64,000 nt of DNA from Thermoproteota archaeon (GCA_030549835.1 JAUQQR010000001.1:2753-66752), one strand, 5' to 3'. Shown: positions 50,900-60,901, counted from the stretch's first letter. Notes: generated by a model from the letters alone, not told the origin. Numbers and translations: made by a program.

Positions 50900-51298
50900 A
50901 TGCTGTCTAAGAGCCCGCCAGTAGTTTGGAGGAGTAGAATATATAGGTATAGGCTTATAGGGTGTAAGTGTAAAAACTGTGGTAGAGTACATTACCCACC
51001 AGCTAGTGCCTGCCCATACTGTAGCTCTAGAGACTTAGAAGAGGTAGAGCTCCCAAGAGTAGGGAAAGTCTTAAGCTATAGTATAGTATATGCTGTAGAT
51101 AGTGATGCTAGAGAGAGAAGCCCAGTTATACTGGGCCTTATAGATCTCGGAGTTACAAGAATTATAGCTGAAATAACAGACGCTAACCCCGAAGATATTA
51201 AAATAGGATCACAGCTAGAAGCAGTGTTTAGGAGGATTGGAGAAGATGGAGAGACAGGAGTAATCATATATGGTTTAAAGTTTAGACCAGTAATCTAA
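50900..51298 (+). CDS. DUF35 Zn-ribbon/OB-fold scaffold protein
   Basis: CKNCG..HYPP..CPYC, VFRR, YGLKF. Confidence 0.9.
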   Translation: MLSKSPPVVWRSRIYRYRLIGCKCKNCGRVHYPPASACPYCSSRDLEEVELPRVGKVLSYSIVYAVDSDARERSPVILGLIDLGVTRIIAEITDANPEDIKIGSQLEAVFRRIGEDGETGVIIYGLKFRPVI

Positions 51299-51310
51299 GG
51301 TGAACTTAAA

Positions 51311-52564
51311 GTGGAGAAGACTCTAAATATAGAAGAGATTATATCTAAGATTGATAAGGGAGAAGTCTCTCTAAGCAAGCTTGAAGAGCATCTAGGAAAT
51401 GCTAACCTAGCAGTCCTAGCTAGGAGAGTATACTTAGAGAAGAAGACTGGGGTTAGTATGCCTAGCATAGCTAGTACTATAATAGACTTTGAAGAGGTCT
51501 ATGGCCGTAATATTGAGAATGCTATAGGAGCAGTACAGATCCCTGTAGGTATTGTAGGCCCCCTGAGAGTTGATGGAGAATATGCTAGTGGGGAATTCTA
51601 TGTACCCCTAGCAACTACTGAAGGAGCACTTATAGCAAGTGTTAATAGAGGTGTTAAAGCTATAACACTTAGTGGTGGTGCTAAAACTAGGGTTTTGAAG
51701 GATGGTATGACTAGAGCTCCTCTAATATGGACTCCTAGTGTTGAGGAGGCTTTAAGATTCATAGAGTGGACTAAAAGTAATATAGAAGCATTTAAAGCTA
51801 AGGTAAGCGAGGCTACAAGGCATGGTAGCCTAATTGATGTGCAGCCATTTATAGTAGGTAACCTAGTATGGCTAAGACTAGTCTATAAGACGGGGGATGC
51901 CATGGGGATGAATATGGCTACATTAGCTAGTGACAAGATATGCTCATATATAGAGTCATCATATGATGGCCCTGCTAGATGTATATCTTTAAGCGGGAAT
52001 ATGTGTACTGATAAGAAGCCAGCTATCATAAATAGACTCTTAGGTAGAGGTAAATATGTCATAGCTGAGGCAGTAGTAAGAGAGAATATAGTAGAGAATA
52101 TTCTCAAAGCTAAACCTGAGCTCATACACTATATCAACATTACTAAGAACTTATTAGGGAGTGCAGTAGCTGGTAGTAATAGTTTTAATGCTCACTATGC
52201 CAACATTATAGCGGCTATATTTATAGCAACAGGGCAAGATGCTGCTCAAGTGGTAGAGAGTAGTATGGGGTTCACATGGACAGAGCTTAGAGATAGAGAT
52301 CTATACATATCAGTAACTCTACCAAGCCTTGAAGTAGGCACTATAGGTGGAGGCACTAGGCTCCCAGCACAGAGGGAAGCATTAAGACTACTAGGTGTAG
52401 AGGGGGGAGGGAATCCGCCAGGAGTTAATGCATTAAAGTTTGCAGAGATAATAGCAGCTACAGTATTAGCTGGAGAATTAAACCTACTAGCAGCTCTAGC
52501 CTCAGGACACCTAGCTAGAGCTCATGAGAAGTTTGGTAGAGGGGTAGTGAGGGTTAAGCGTTGA
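51311..52564 (+). CDS. hmgA: HMG-CoA reductase (class I, NADPH)
   Basis: NIENAIG, PLATTEGAL, GDAMGMNM, GNMCTDKK, GTIGGGT, LAGEL. Confidence 0.95.
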   Translation: MEKTLNIEEIISKIDKGEVSLSKLEEHLGNANLAVLARRVYLEKKTGVSMPSIASTIIDFEEVYGRNIENAIGAVQIPVGIVGPLRVDGEYASGEFYVPLATTEGALIASVNRGVKAITLSGGAKTRVLKDGMTRAPLIWTPSVEEALRFIEWTKSNIEAFKAKVSEATRHGSLIDVQPFIVGNLVWLRLVYKTGDAMGMNMATLASDKICSYIESSYDGPARCISLSGNMCTDKKPAIINRLLGRGKYVIAEAVVRENIVENILKAKPELIHYINITKNLLGSAVAGSNSFNAHYANIIAAIFIATGQDAAQVVESSMGFTWTELRDRDLYISVTLPSLEVGTIGGGTRLPAQREALRLLGVEGGGNPPGVNALKFAEIIAATVLAGELNLLAALASGHLARAHEKFGRGVVRVKR

Positions 52565-52607
52565 ATATTAAGGTTTCGCTTAAAATAAGACACATTTAGG
52601 AGTATAG

Positions 52608-52931
52608 ATGAAAGCTAATGCTAAGCTTGAGTATTATAGTGCATATCCACGTATAAGAGAAGAGATATTAGTAGGGCCCCCTAAGCTTACTAGATTTGAG
52701 AAAGCTAGGATTATAGCTATTAGAGCACTACAGTTGAGTAGAGGAGCTCCTCCTCTAGTATCTCCTGAAGCTGTGAGATCTACAGATCCAGTTATTATAG
52801 CTAAGTATGAGGTTGAAAACGGTATTCTACCAGTATCTATCTTGAGATACACGAGCTCTGGGTTAAGGCAGAGTATTCCTTTATCATTACTAGTTAAGCT
52901 TACTCGTGAAGTGGCTGGTAGAATTGAGTGA
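52608..52931 (+). CDS. rpoK: DNA-directed RNA polymerase subunit K (Rpo6)
   Basis: LTRFEKARII.IRALQL..GAP. Confidence 0.92.
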   Translation: MKANAKLEYYSAYPRIREEILVGPPKLTRFEKARIIAIRALQLSRGAPPLVSPEAVRSTDPVIIAKYEVENGILPVSILRYTSSGLRQSIPLSLLVKLTREVAGRIE

Positions 52932-53997
52932 GCATACTCTAAATATATGTAGATCTATAGTCTCTGAGTATTTCGAGATTCTAGGCGAGTACAGCTATGG
53001 GTCTAGGCTAGACTTAATACTAGGACTCCCAAAGAAGTGGGACAACTTAGAGGATACTCTCACAAACCTATACCCTAAGCTAACAGCTAGTAACTGTAAC
53101 CCGCTACTTTCACGAGATGAGAGAGGTTTAGTATTATATGTATTCGAGGGGAGAGAGTCTCATAATTTAGCTATTAATATTGGATTAGCTATTACTACTC
53201 TATTCACAGTATTCTTATCAGGTCTAGCCTTATCGGGGGCCAGAGAGTCTCTTGTAGGAGCTCAAGGACTAGCTTGGAGCCCTATAGCATACGTTATAGG
53301 ACTACTAATACCTCTAATTATACATGAGCTCGGTCACTGGAGTTTTATGAGACTATATAAAACTCCGTCAAGTTTACCATACCTAATCCCAGCTCCACCA
53401 TTACAGTTAGGATTCTTAGGTACTTTTGGGGCAGTTATAAATCTCAGGTGGCTCCCACCTTCTGGTAACTCTCTATCTTTAATGGCTTTAGCCGGTCCTC
53501 TCGCGGGATATATTGTGGCTATTCCTCTAGCAGTTTATGGTGTTTTAAGTTCAGTATCTGTAACTACTCTCCCTGAAGGTACTTTAACTTTAAATATTGT
53601 TCCTCTATCTTTCATTATTATTCATAGCTTAGCATGGCGTGGTGAAGGCTATATGCTCTTAAGTCCGCTAGCGTTTGCTTCCTACGTCGTATTCTTTGTT
53701 ACATTCCTAAACCTTATACCTATAGCTATGCTTGATGGGGGGCATATTGTGAGAGGTGTTGCCGGCTCTATAGCTCACAGTATTATTAGTAGGCTATTTA
53801 TTCTAGTACTCGTAGCTATGGCTGTTTTTAATCCTAACTTCATATTCTTTGCACTCATAGCCATACTATTATACTTTATATCCGGGGGTAAGCATCCGGG
53901 TCCAGCTATGAAGGTAGAGAGTAGTCCAAATGTGAGCTTAATAACCTCAATACTATATGGGGTTCTCCTGGTCTTAACAATTCCAATACCGTTATAA
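52906..53997 (+). CDS. Site-2 protease (M50) family
   Basis: HELGH, GTFGA, AGPLAG, NLIPIAMLDGGH. Confidence 0.9.
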   Translation: MKWLVELSEHTLNICRSIVSEYFEILGEYSYGSRLDLILGLPKKWDNLEDTLTNLYPKLTASNCNPLLSRDERGLVLYVFEGRESHNLAINIGLAITTLFTVFLSGLALSGARESLVGAQGLAWSPIAYVIGLLIPLIIHELGHWSFMRLYKTPSSLPYLIPAPPLQLGFLGTFGAVINLRWLPPSGNSLSLMALAGPLAGYIVAIPLAVYGVLSSVSVTTLPEGTLTLNIVPLSFIIIHSLAWRGEGYMLLSPLAFASYVVFFVTFLNLIPIAMLDGGHIVRGVAGSIAHSIISRLFILVLVAMAVFNPNFIFFALIAILLYFISGGKHPGPAMKVESSPNVSLITSILYGVLLVLTIPIPL

Positions 53998-54017
53998 GCT
54001 TATAGTGGGTTAATATA

Positions 54018-56087
54018 GTGAGCCAGTATAAGTGTAGACTCCCAGCTAATTACATAGTGTTAATAGCAGAGAAGCCTAGAGCTGGGGAGAGAATAGCTAA
54101 AGCTCTAAATGCTACGCCTCTAAAGTGTAGTATTAACGGGATACCATACTGGATACTTAGAGTTAATACCTCAAACCTTATAATAGTCTCAAGTGCAGGC
54201 CACCTCTTTGGACTATATACAAGTTATAGGGGATTCCCAGTATTTGATTATACTTGGAGACCTATATGGGAATTTGATAGTAAAGCTTCGCATCTCAAAA
54301 AATTCTATAAAACACTTGAAGTAATCCTACCAAAAGCTTCATCTTATATTAGTGCTTGTGATTACGATATTGAAGGTAGTGTCATATGCTATAAGATTAT
54401 AGAGGCTCTAGGAGACCCTAGCAGATCTCAGAGGATGAAGTTCTCAGCACTAGCAGTTAAGGATATTACGGTAGCATTTAATAATCTCCAACCTCTAGAT
54501 AGAGAGATGATTGAAGCTGGATTAGCTAGGAGTGAGCTAGACTGGCTATGGGGTATTAATGTATCAAGAGCTCTCATGGAGGCTGTTAAGGTAGCTACTG
54601 GAAGGAAAGTAGTACTTAGTGCTGGTAGAGTTCAGAGCCCTACTCTAGTAGAAGCTGTTAAGAGATGGGAGGATATTAACCTACACGTTCCTCAACCTAA
54701 AATCTCGCTAGTAGTTAGTATTAGAAGAGGTAGATTAGGGTTTAAAGCGCGTCTAGTAGACTCAAGTATACTCACTAAACGTAGTGCGGAGGGTATTAAG
54801 AGAGAGATCTTAGAAAGTAGGAGGCTTATAGTTGATAAGTATATAGTAAGTAGTGAGCATGTAGATCCACCTCCAGCATTTAATCTTGGAGATTTACAGA
54901 GAGAGGCAGCTAGGATATACGGGCTATCACCTATGAAGACTCAGGAGATAGCAGAAGATCTATACCTAGAAGCTCTCATAAGCTACCCTAGAACTAATAG
55001 CCAGAAGCTCCCCTCAACAATAGATTATATGAGTATAATGAGTAAGCTAGAGAATAATCCTGAATACTCTAGCTTAGTGAAGAGTCTTCTAATAGAAACA
55101 AGTGGCGTTCTAAAACCAGTACAAGGTAAAATGGATGACCCAGCACACCCAGCAATATACCCTACAGGTGAAAAGCCTAATAAGCTTAGCAATTATCAAA
55201 AACTAATATATGACCTTATAGTTAGAAGATTTCTAGCAGCATTCTCTAAGAGAGCTATTATAGTAAGACAGAAGACTGAACTTAGAGACTCTACAGGTAG
55301 GGTTTATGAAGCATACGGTGTTAGAGTTATTAGTGAGGGATGGCTCAGATACTATCCATTCCTTAAACCTAGAGAGCTCATATTACCAGAGCTATCTAGG
55401 GGAGATACTGTAGTTATAGATAACGTCAAATTAATAGTAGCTTGGAGTAAGCCTCCAATAGGAATATCTAAAATATCACTATTAAAATGGATGGAGAGTG
55501 TAGAGATAGGTACAGAATCTACGAGAGCTAGGATAATAGAGACTTTATTTAAAAGAAACTACTTAAAGCAAGAGAAGGGGAGAGTTATAGTAACAGATCT
55601 AGGCTATACAATAGCATATATAATAAGAGAGCTGTTTCCAGAACTCTCAACAGTAGACTTAACAAGAAATTTTGAGAAAAAACTAGAAGACATAAGATAT
55701 AATAGAGTATCTAGGAGAAATGTTATAGATGAGGCGAAGAAAACCCTCATAAACCTAATAGCTAGCTATAAGCTAAGACTGAATAAAGTAGGTGAAGACA
55801 TAGCGGTAGCACTTAAAGCCAAACAACCTATAAAGCCATGCATAATATGTGGTAGAGAATCATTAAATACAATAAAATCACTAAACCTCTGCAATTACCA
55901 CCACAAAGCGCTAGCTAAGCTGAGAGAAATATTACCAAAAATAGAGGGAACCCTAGAAATCCAGCCAGAGAAGGCTATAGAAATACTAGCCAATAAGAGA
56001 AGGTTAAGCGGGAAATGGGTAATCGATATAGCTAGTAGGGCTCAAACAGACTATAAACTTAGAGAATTAATACTAAGACCCGAGTAA
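54018..56087 (+). CDS. topA: Type IA DNA topoisomerase
   Basis: IAEKP, DYDIEG, SAGRVQSPTL, ISYPRT catalytic Tyr, AHPAIYPT, IGTESTR. Confidence 0.93.
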   Translation: MSQYKCRLPANYIVLIAEKPRAGERIAKALNATPLKCSINGIPYWILRVNTSNLIIVSSAGHLFGLYTSYRGFPVFDYTWRPIWEFDSKASHLKKFYKTLEVILPKASSYISACDYDIEGSVICYKIIEALGDPSRSQRMKFSALAVKDITVAFNNLQPLDREMIEAGLARSELDWLWGINVSRALMEAVKVATGRKVVLSAGRVQSPTLVEAVKRWEDINLHVPQPKISLVVSIRRGRLGFKARLVDSSILTKRSAEGIKREILESRRLIVDKYIVSSEHVDPPPAFNLGDLQREAARIYGLSPMKTQEIAEDLYLEALISYPRTNSQKLPSTIDYMSIMSKLENNPEYSSLVKSLLIETSGVLKPVQGKMDDPAHPAIYPTGEKPNKLSNYQKLIYDLIVRRFLAAFSKRAIIVRQKTELRDSTGRVYEAYGVRVISEGWLRYYPFLKPRELILPELSRGDTVVIDNVKLIVAWSKPPIGISKISLLKWMESVEIGTESTRARIIETLFKRNYLKQEKGRVIVTDLGYTIAYIIRELFPELSTVDLTRNFEKKLEDIRYNRVSRRNVIDEAKKTLINLIASYKLRLNKVGEDIAVALKAKQPIKPCIICGRESLNTIKSLNLCNYHHKALAKLREILPKIEGTLEIQPEKAIEILANKRRLSGKWVIDIASRAQTDYKLRELILRPE

Positions 56088-56371
56088 GAATACAATAGCA
56101 TTAAACTACACTTCTCCTAGATAGCTCCTCGATCTTAATTAATGAGACACTCATTTAGTCACTCCTAGATGGTACCTAGAATCTAGTTAACCATACTGTG
56201 CTATATAGTTTTAGAGGCTATGAGAATACTCGGGTAGGCTGAGCTCTACTTAGCTAGAATTGATAGCGACCTGTAAGTTTGCTAGGTAGTGGTGTAAGCT
56301 TCTAGCTATGAGAGTATACTTAGGAGCTAATAGTTTGTTTAGCTCTTTGAGCTTTAGAGGCTTTTATAGTT

Positions 56372-56653
56372 TTAAGCTTTATACTTTGAGACTAGCATAC
56401 ACTCGCCGTTAATATTAGCTCTGAGCTTACAGACATAGAATCTACATTTAAAACCTATACATTGGCTCCCTAATAATAGGCATGTTGCTATTTTGACCTG
56501 GAATCCTCTAATAGTACTCTTTGATATGACTAGTGAATCTTTTAGGCATGTATAGTAGGGGCATGCTGGGTTACACTTTAATCCCAGGGGGGAGGGTTTG
56601 GGGTTTAAGTTTTCAATATTGAGGACTCCATAGTTCTCTATATTTATTTTCAA
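56372..56653 (-). CDS. Small Cys-rich hypothetical protein
   Basis: 8 Cys in 93 aa; GGTG RBS upstream; last gene of the endA operon. Confidence 0.7.
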   Translation of the reverse strand: MKINIENYGVLNIENLNPKPSPLGLKCNPACPYYTCLKDSLVISKSTIRGFQVKIATCLLLGSQCIGFKCRFYVCKLRANINGECMLVSKYKA

Positions 56654-56673
56654 TATTCACACCTTACTTAGTA

Positions 56674-57219
56674 TTATAGTTTAACCCATTTAAACATTAT
56701 ATAGATAGGTTTACCATCTCTAGCTAGGAATGCTAATGTGAATGTCTTCCTAACACTATGCCCAACTCTCCCAGCTCTTATAATTTCTATAGGATCTAAA
56801 TTCTCATCTCTTCTATAGATGTGAACTATGTAAGGGGCATGTTCTAAGCCAGGTCCTATCCTGTATACTGTGAAGGCGCCTCCATATTTTAAGCCTGATC
56901 TCACTATTAATTCCTTCTCTCTTAGGTCCTTATATATTTGGTATATTATGTATTCATTCTCACTTTTTAAAGCTATTCTTCTAAGCTCATCAATATCTAG
57001 AGCCTTACCCTGCATATCTACTACTTTTAGCTCCCCCTTCTCTACTAAATATAGTGCCTCTATTAGGCTTAGTTTTAGTGGGGCATTAAAATCTGCTCTC
57101 TTAGGCTTCTTTACTCCGATAGGTGTACCGTAGAAGCTCTTAGAGTATAGTCTCCTTGAAGATTCAAAGTCTGGTACTATAATAGAGTCATCTATAAGGT
57201 ATGCTATGTGGCACGTCAT
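56674..57219 (-). CDS. endA: tRNA splicing endonuclease, catalytic subunit
   Basis: LSLIEALYL, YKDLR, SGLKYG, catalytic Y/H (YRIGPGLEHA) and K (SVRK). Confidence 0.92.
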   Translation of the reverse strand: MTCHIAYLIDDSIIVPDFESSRRLYSKSFYGTPIGVKKPKRADFNAPLKLSLIEALYLVEKGELKVVDMQGKALDIDELRRIALKSENEYIIYQIYKDLREKELIVRSGLKYGGAFTVYRIGPGLEHAPYIVHIYRRDENLDPIEIIRAGRVGHSVRKTFTLAFLARDGKPIYIMFKWVKL

Positions 57220-58031
57220 ACTCTTAATCCCCTAACCTTACCTATAGTCTTTGAAGTATTTAGGGCTAAAGTTTTATCTAAAGAAGCAATAACGTCGCCA
57301 ACAACCTCTACTCTAGTAATAGTAGAGTCTAGAGGCTCGCCTCTAGAATTGAAAGCTTCTCCTCCACACTCCCTAATAAATCCTAAGGCTGCAGCTACAT
57401 CAACATTCCTAAGTCTCATCCTAGCATCTATGAATAACTTAGATGCTCCTATAGCGGTATAGCATATCTCTAAAGCTGCACTACCCAAGCTCCTAATCTT
57501 ACAATCTCTCATATCACTCTTAATGAAGTCTAATATAGTAGAAGCTATAGCAGGATCCTCTACATAAGCGAATATAAGGCACTTGTTATCCTTGAACCTC
57601 ATAGCAGGAGAACCTCCATGATAGCACCCTTTACCTCTACTAAATGAGAAAGTATTACCGTAAAATACTGGAGCTACAGCTCCAGCAATAACACTACTTA
57701 AGTTAAAATCTAGAGAGAAAGCAAGTGATACTGAAGCCCAAGAGATACAGTGTGAATAGTTAGAGCTACCATCTAGAGGATCAATTATGGTTATTAAATC
57801 ACCATCACCAAAGAATCCTCTCTCCTCAGATATACCCTTAACTCTTAGATTCTCACCTCTTAGAGCATCTATTATATAATCTTCTGCTATCTTATCAGCT
57901 ACTATGGTTTCACCCCTAACGTTAGCCATATACTCGCTAGTACAGGCGTAATCTCTAAGGAGGCCTGCAGTCTCTTCTGCTATCTTAACAGCTACTCTCC
58001 TCAAATCTTCAGGATCATATGTTAAACTCAT
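57216..58031 (-). CDS. Inositol monophosphatase / FBPase family
   Basis: ADKIAE, SEE, IDPLDGSSN, RSLGSAAL, VDVAA. Confidence 0.88.
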   Translation of the reverse strand: MSLTYDPEDLRRVAVKIAEETAGLLRDYACTSEYMANVRGETIVADKIAEDYIIDALRGENLRVKGISEERGFFGDGDLITIIDPLDGSSNYSHCISWASVSLAFSLDFNLSSVIAGAVAPVFYGNTFSFSRGKGCYHGGSPAMRFKDNKCLIFAYVEDPAIASTILDFIKSDMRDCKIRSLGSAALEICYTAIGASKLFIDARMRLRNVDVAAALGFIRECGGEAFNSRGEPLDSTITRVEVVGDVIASLDKTLALNTSKTIGKVRGLRV

Positions 58032-58723
58032 GGGGACACCACTATACTACTAGCTTCAACCTGGGGATTAATATTTCTCGTAATATCTATAACTATACTA
58101 ATAGCATTAACTACCAGATCTCTAGGTACGCCGGGGACACCGCAGCCTACCACAATTGCCTTCTTAGTGTCTAATGTGATCATTGACTCTCTAGAGTCTC
58201 TATGAGGATATATGTGTATTACTAATCCTCTAGAGTCTACTATTATAGGTAAGCCGGCCTCTAACACCTCTAGATTCTGAGAGCCTATAGGCTTAAATTT
58301 CTCTCCACTCATACTAAACCTCAATATCATAGGTGTACTAATCTTATCTAAATCATATATTCCTATAGGTACTAGTGTCTTAATACTAGCAATATTACCT
58401 GAGTCAACTAAGCTATTAATCCTAGGTAACCTATCACCGCGTAGAATACGCCTAGCTAAAGCCTCAGAGCTAGGCCTAACCTTAGTCGGATCTACTCCAA
58501 GCCTCCACAAGAATCTTCTATATGCTTGAATAATTGGATTCTCAGTAAGCCTCTTAGGATCTCCAATACGCTCTTTAACTTCACTCTCAGCTTCTAAAGC
58601 TAACTCCTCAATCAAGGGGTGTCTTTCAATAACCCTGATATTTGATAGTATACTATAAGCAGCGAATACACCAATTGATATTAGATCAGGGGTAATACTA
58701 AGTAAAGCCAATCTAGGTCCCAT
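58028..58723 (-). CDS. Stand-alone B3/B4 (PheRS-beta editing-like) domain protein
   Basis: AYRRF...GVDPTKVRPSSEAL.RR, INSLVD.GN, PIGIYDLD, HRDS. Confidence 0.85.
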   Translation of the reverse strand: MGPRLALLSITPDLISIGVFAAYSILSNIRVIERHPLIEELALEAESEVKERIGDPKRLTENPIIQAYRRFLWRLGVDPTKVRPSSEALARRILRGDRLPRINSLVDSGNIASIKTLVPIGIYDLDKISTPMILRFSMSGEKFKPIGSQNLEVLEAGLPIIVDSRGLVIHIYPHRDSRESMITLDTKKAIVVGCGVPGVPRDLVVNAISIVIDITRNINPQVEASSIVVSP

Positions 58724-58728
58724 ATATT

Positions 58729-58992
58729 CCGTTTCCCATCCTAGGTTTTTGTATACTCCTAGGGTAAGTTGTGCCTCCTGCCCCGCGCTTCGCAGCTGCT
58801 ACCAAGCCACTCCACTCGGAGGTCATGGGAACCCTTCGAGCCCAACGGCATAAGGGCTTACATCTAATTTTTTATCCCTAGAATAGGATGAGAAATTAAA
58901 TCTTATAAACATTACCTCCCTAGTATAGTAGTACTTCTCCAAAAATCCTACAAAACCCTTATAAACCTAACGCACAAAACAGCTATCAACCC
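58729..58992 (-). mobile_element. Family-B non-coding mini-element, longest copy (264 bp, GG at both ends)
   Basis: High end-to-end identity with 62519..62699 apart from an internal block; two TTTATAAG motifs; CCTAGG hairpin; ends TGGGAAACGG. Confidence 0.85.
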
Positions 58993-59036
58993 TAAATATA
59001 AGGTTTAAATTTAAATAGTATAAGCGAGGTTTAACT

Positions 59037-59489
59037 ATGAGTAGAGCTAAGTTAAGCCAAGAAATTGTTAGTATAGCTATGATTATAGGTATAGTCATTA
59101 TCTACATTATATTTAGATTTCAAGGTGGAGGACTTGCAGCAGTTGATGGTAAGAGTATGGAGCCACTATTACATACTGGAGATCTAGTAGTAATTATTAA
59201 GAAGAAAGATGTAAGAGAGGGCGATATTATAGTCTTTAAGTCTGGAGATAGATACATAATACATAGGGTTATATACGTATATGAAAATCATGGTTACAAG
59301 TGTTATGTAACTAAGGGGGATAATAATATATCTCCAGACTCTGGAGATCCTAGAAGGTGTCCTCCAGTATATGGGTTTAATATAGCTGGATACCCTGAAG
59401 ATGTAGTCTTAGGTGTAGTTGTATCTATAAGAGGTGCTCCAGTAAAGGTGCCATATATTGGTGGTGTAACACTCTTAGTTAGAGGTTAA
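59037..59489 (+). CDS. sec11: Signal peptidase I (Sec11 type)
   Basis: GKSMEP catalytic Ser, GDIIVF, IIHRV, TKGDNN, VPYIG. Confidence 0.92.
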   Translation: MSRAKLSQEIVSIAMIIGIVIIYIIFRFQGGGLAAVDGKSMEPLLHTGDLVVIIKKKDVREGDIIVFKSGDRYIIHRVIYVYENHGYKCYVTKGDNNISPDSGDPRRCPPVYGFNIAGYPEDVVLGVVVSIRGAPVKVPYIGGVTLLVRG

Positions 59490-59540
59490 GACGTGTATCT
59501 ATAGGCTTCCACCTTATAATAGCTTTTAGGATTACTTTGG

Positions 59541-60134
59541 GTGTGGAGTAGTTTGATTAATAGTATATCTGTAGCTATAACTGGATCAAGTGGTATTAGA
59601 GTCTCTCTTAGATTTCTTGAGGTAGTTCAGTCTCTAGGTCTAGAGGTTAAAGGTATAATAGTGACTGATGGTGCTTATAATGTAGCATTATATGAGGAGG
59701 ATTATAAGCCTGAAGAATTGAGAGAGAAGCTTTCAAAAATCTCAAGAGTATATGGTGATTATGACTTCACTTCTCCTCTAGCAAGTTCTAGTAATCAGCC
59801 AGATTCTATGGTTATAGTTCCTGCTAGTATGAAGACTATAGGGTTAATAGCCAATGGTATACCATCAACTCTTACTAGTAGAGCAGCTCTAGCTATACTA
59901 AGGCTTAAGAGAAAGCTTATAGTAGCTCCACGCGAGACTCCTCTAGGCATAGCCGAGCTTAGAAATATACTTAGACTATCTCTCATGGGTGCAACTATAG
60001 TACCTTTAACTCTATCATTCTATATTAAGCCTAAAAGTATAGATGACTTAGTAGATTTTAGCGTAGGGAAGATACTGGATACACTAGGAATTAAAACATC
60101 TATTTATAAGAGGTGGGCTGAGGTAGAAGATTAA
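59541..60134 (+). CDS. ubiX: Flavin prenyltransferase
   Basis: AITGSSG, PLASSS, PASMKT, RETP, SFY..P. Confidence 0.9.
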   Translation: MWSSLINSISVAITGSSGIRVSLRFLEVVQSLGLEVKGIIVTDGAYNVALYEEDYKPEELREKLSKISRVYGDYDFTSPLASSSNQPDSMVIVPASMKTIGLIANGIPSTLTSRAALAILRLKRKLIVAPRETPLGIAELRNILRLSLMGATIVPLTLSFYIKPKSIDDLVDFSVGKILDTLGIKTSIYKRWAEVED

Positions 60135-60185
60135 CTTAAGTTATATAAGCTTCAAAACCTATGTCCAACAATAGGATGACTTAGA

Positions 60186-60590
60186 GTGTCAGTATACCAT
60201 GGAAGAGACTTAAAGAAACCGACTGGAGGAGCTAGGAGTAGGAATTATAAGGTTAAGAGGAAGGCTATGACGGGTAAACTTCCAACAAATACACTACTCT
60301 CTAGCAGGAGTGAGGTTATAGTGGATAGATGTAGAGGGGGGAGCATAAAGGTTAGAGCTGTTAGAGTAGCATATGCTATAGTTTCAAACCCTAAAACAGG
60401 GAAAGCAGAGAAGGCTAAGATAGTTAAGGTCTTAGAAGTCCCGGCTAATAAAGAATATGCGAGAAAAGGTGTAATAGTTAAGGGGGCAATAATAGAGACG
60501 AGTGTTGGGAAAGCAGTAGTAACATCTAGGCCAGGGCAGGATGGAGTAGTTAACGCAATATTAATAGAAGAGGCTAAATTAGAGAGATGA
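60186..60590 (+). CDS. rps8e: 30S ribosomal protein S8e
   Basis: KPTGG, RGG, IVKGAII, VTSRPGQDGVVNA. Confidence 0.95.
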   Translation: MSVYHGRDLKKPTGGARSRNYKVKRKAMTGKLPTNTLLSSRSEVIVDRCRGGSIKVRAVRVAYAIVSNPKTGKAEKAKIVKVLEVPANKEYARKGVIVKGAIIETSVGKAVVTSRPGQDGVVNAILIEEAKLER

Positions 60591-60901
60591 GTATAGGTAA
60601 AGAACTAAAAGGTAAGAAGATAGTAGTATGGCCAGTATACATAGATGAAATTGTAAGTAGAAGTTCTGGGAGGAGGATACCTAAGAGTAAAGCTGTTAGA
60701 AAACCTACAATAGATGAGATTAAAAACGCAGCAGAACTTTTAGGCCTAAATCCTCAAATTGAGAAGAAATCTTATCCTAGAGAATGGTGGGATTATAGAG
60801 TGAGAGTCTTAGTAGATAAAGTAGCACCTAAAAGGAGAATATTAGAGCAAATAGCCTCTAAAATCCTAGAGTTGAGAGGAAAGTCTAAGCTTCACTCCTA
60901 A
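60587..60901 (+). CDS. srp19: Signal recognition particle 19 kDa protein
   Basis: VWPVYID...SRSSGRRIP..AV..P, YPREWW. Confidence 0.92.
   Translation: MSIGKELKGKKIVVWPVYIDEIVSRSSGRRIPKSKAVRKPTIDEIKNAAELLGLNPQIEKKSYPREWWDYRVRVLVDKVAPKRRILEQIASKILELRGKSKLHS

Noticed and set aside
56088..56371. 284-bp gap between convergent genes as another mini-element or ncRNA
   Set aside because: No match to families A, B or C by eye, and only a short hairpin (AATGAG-ACA-CTCATT).
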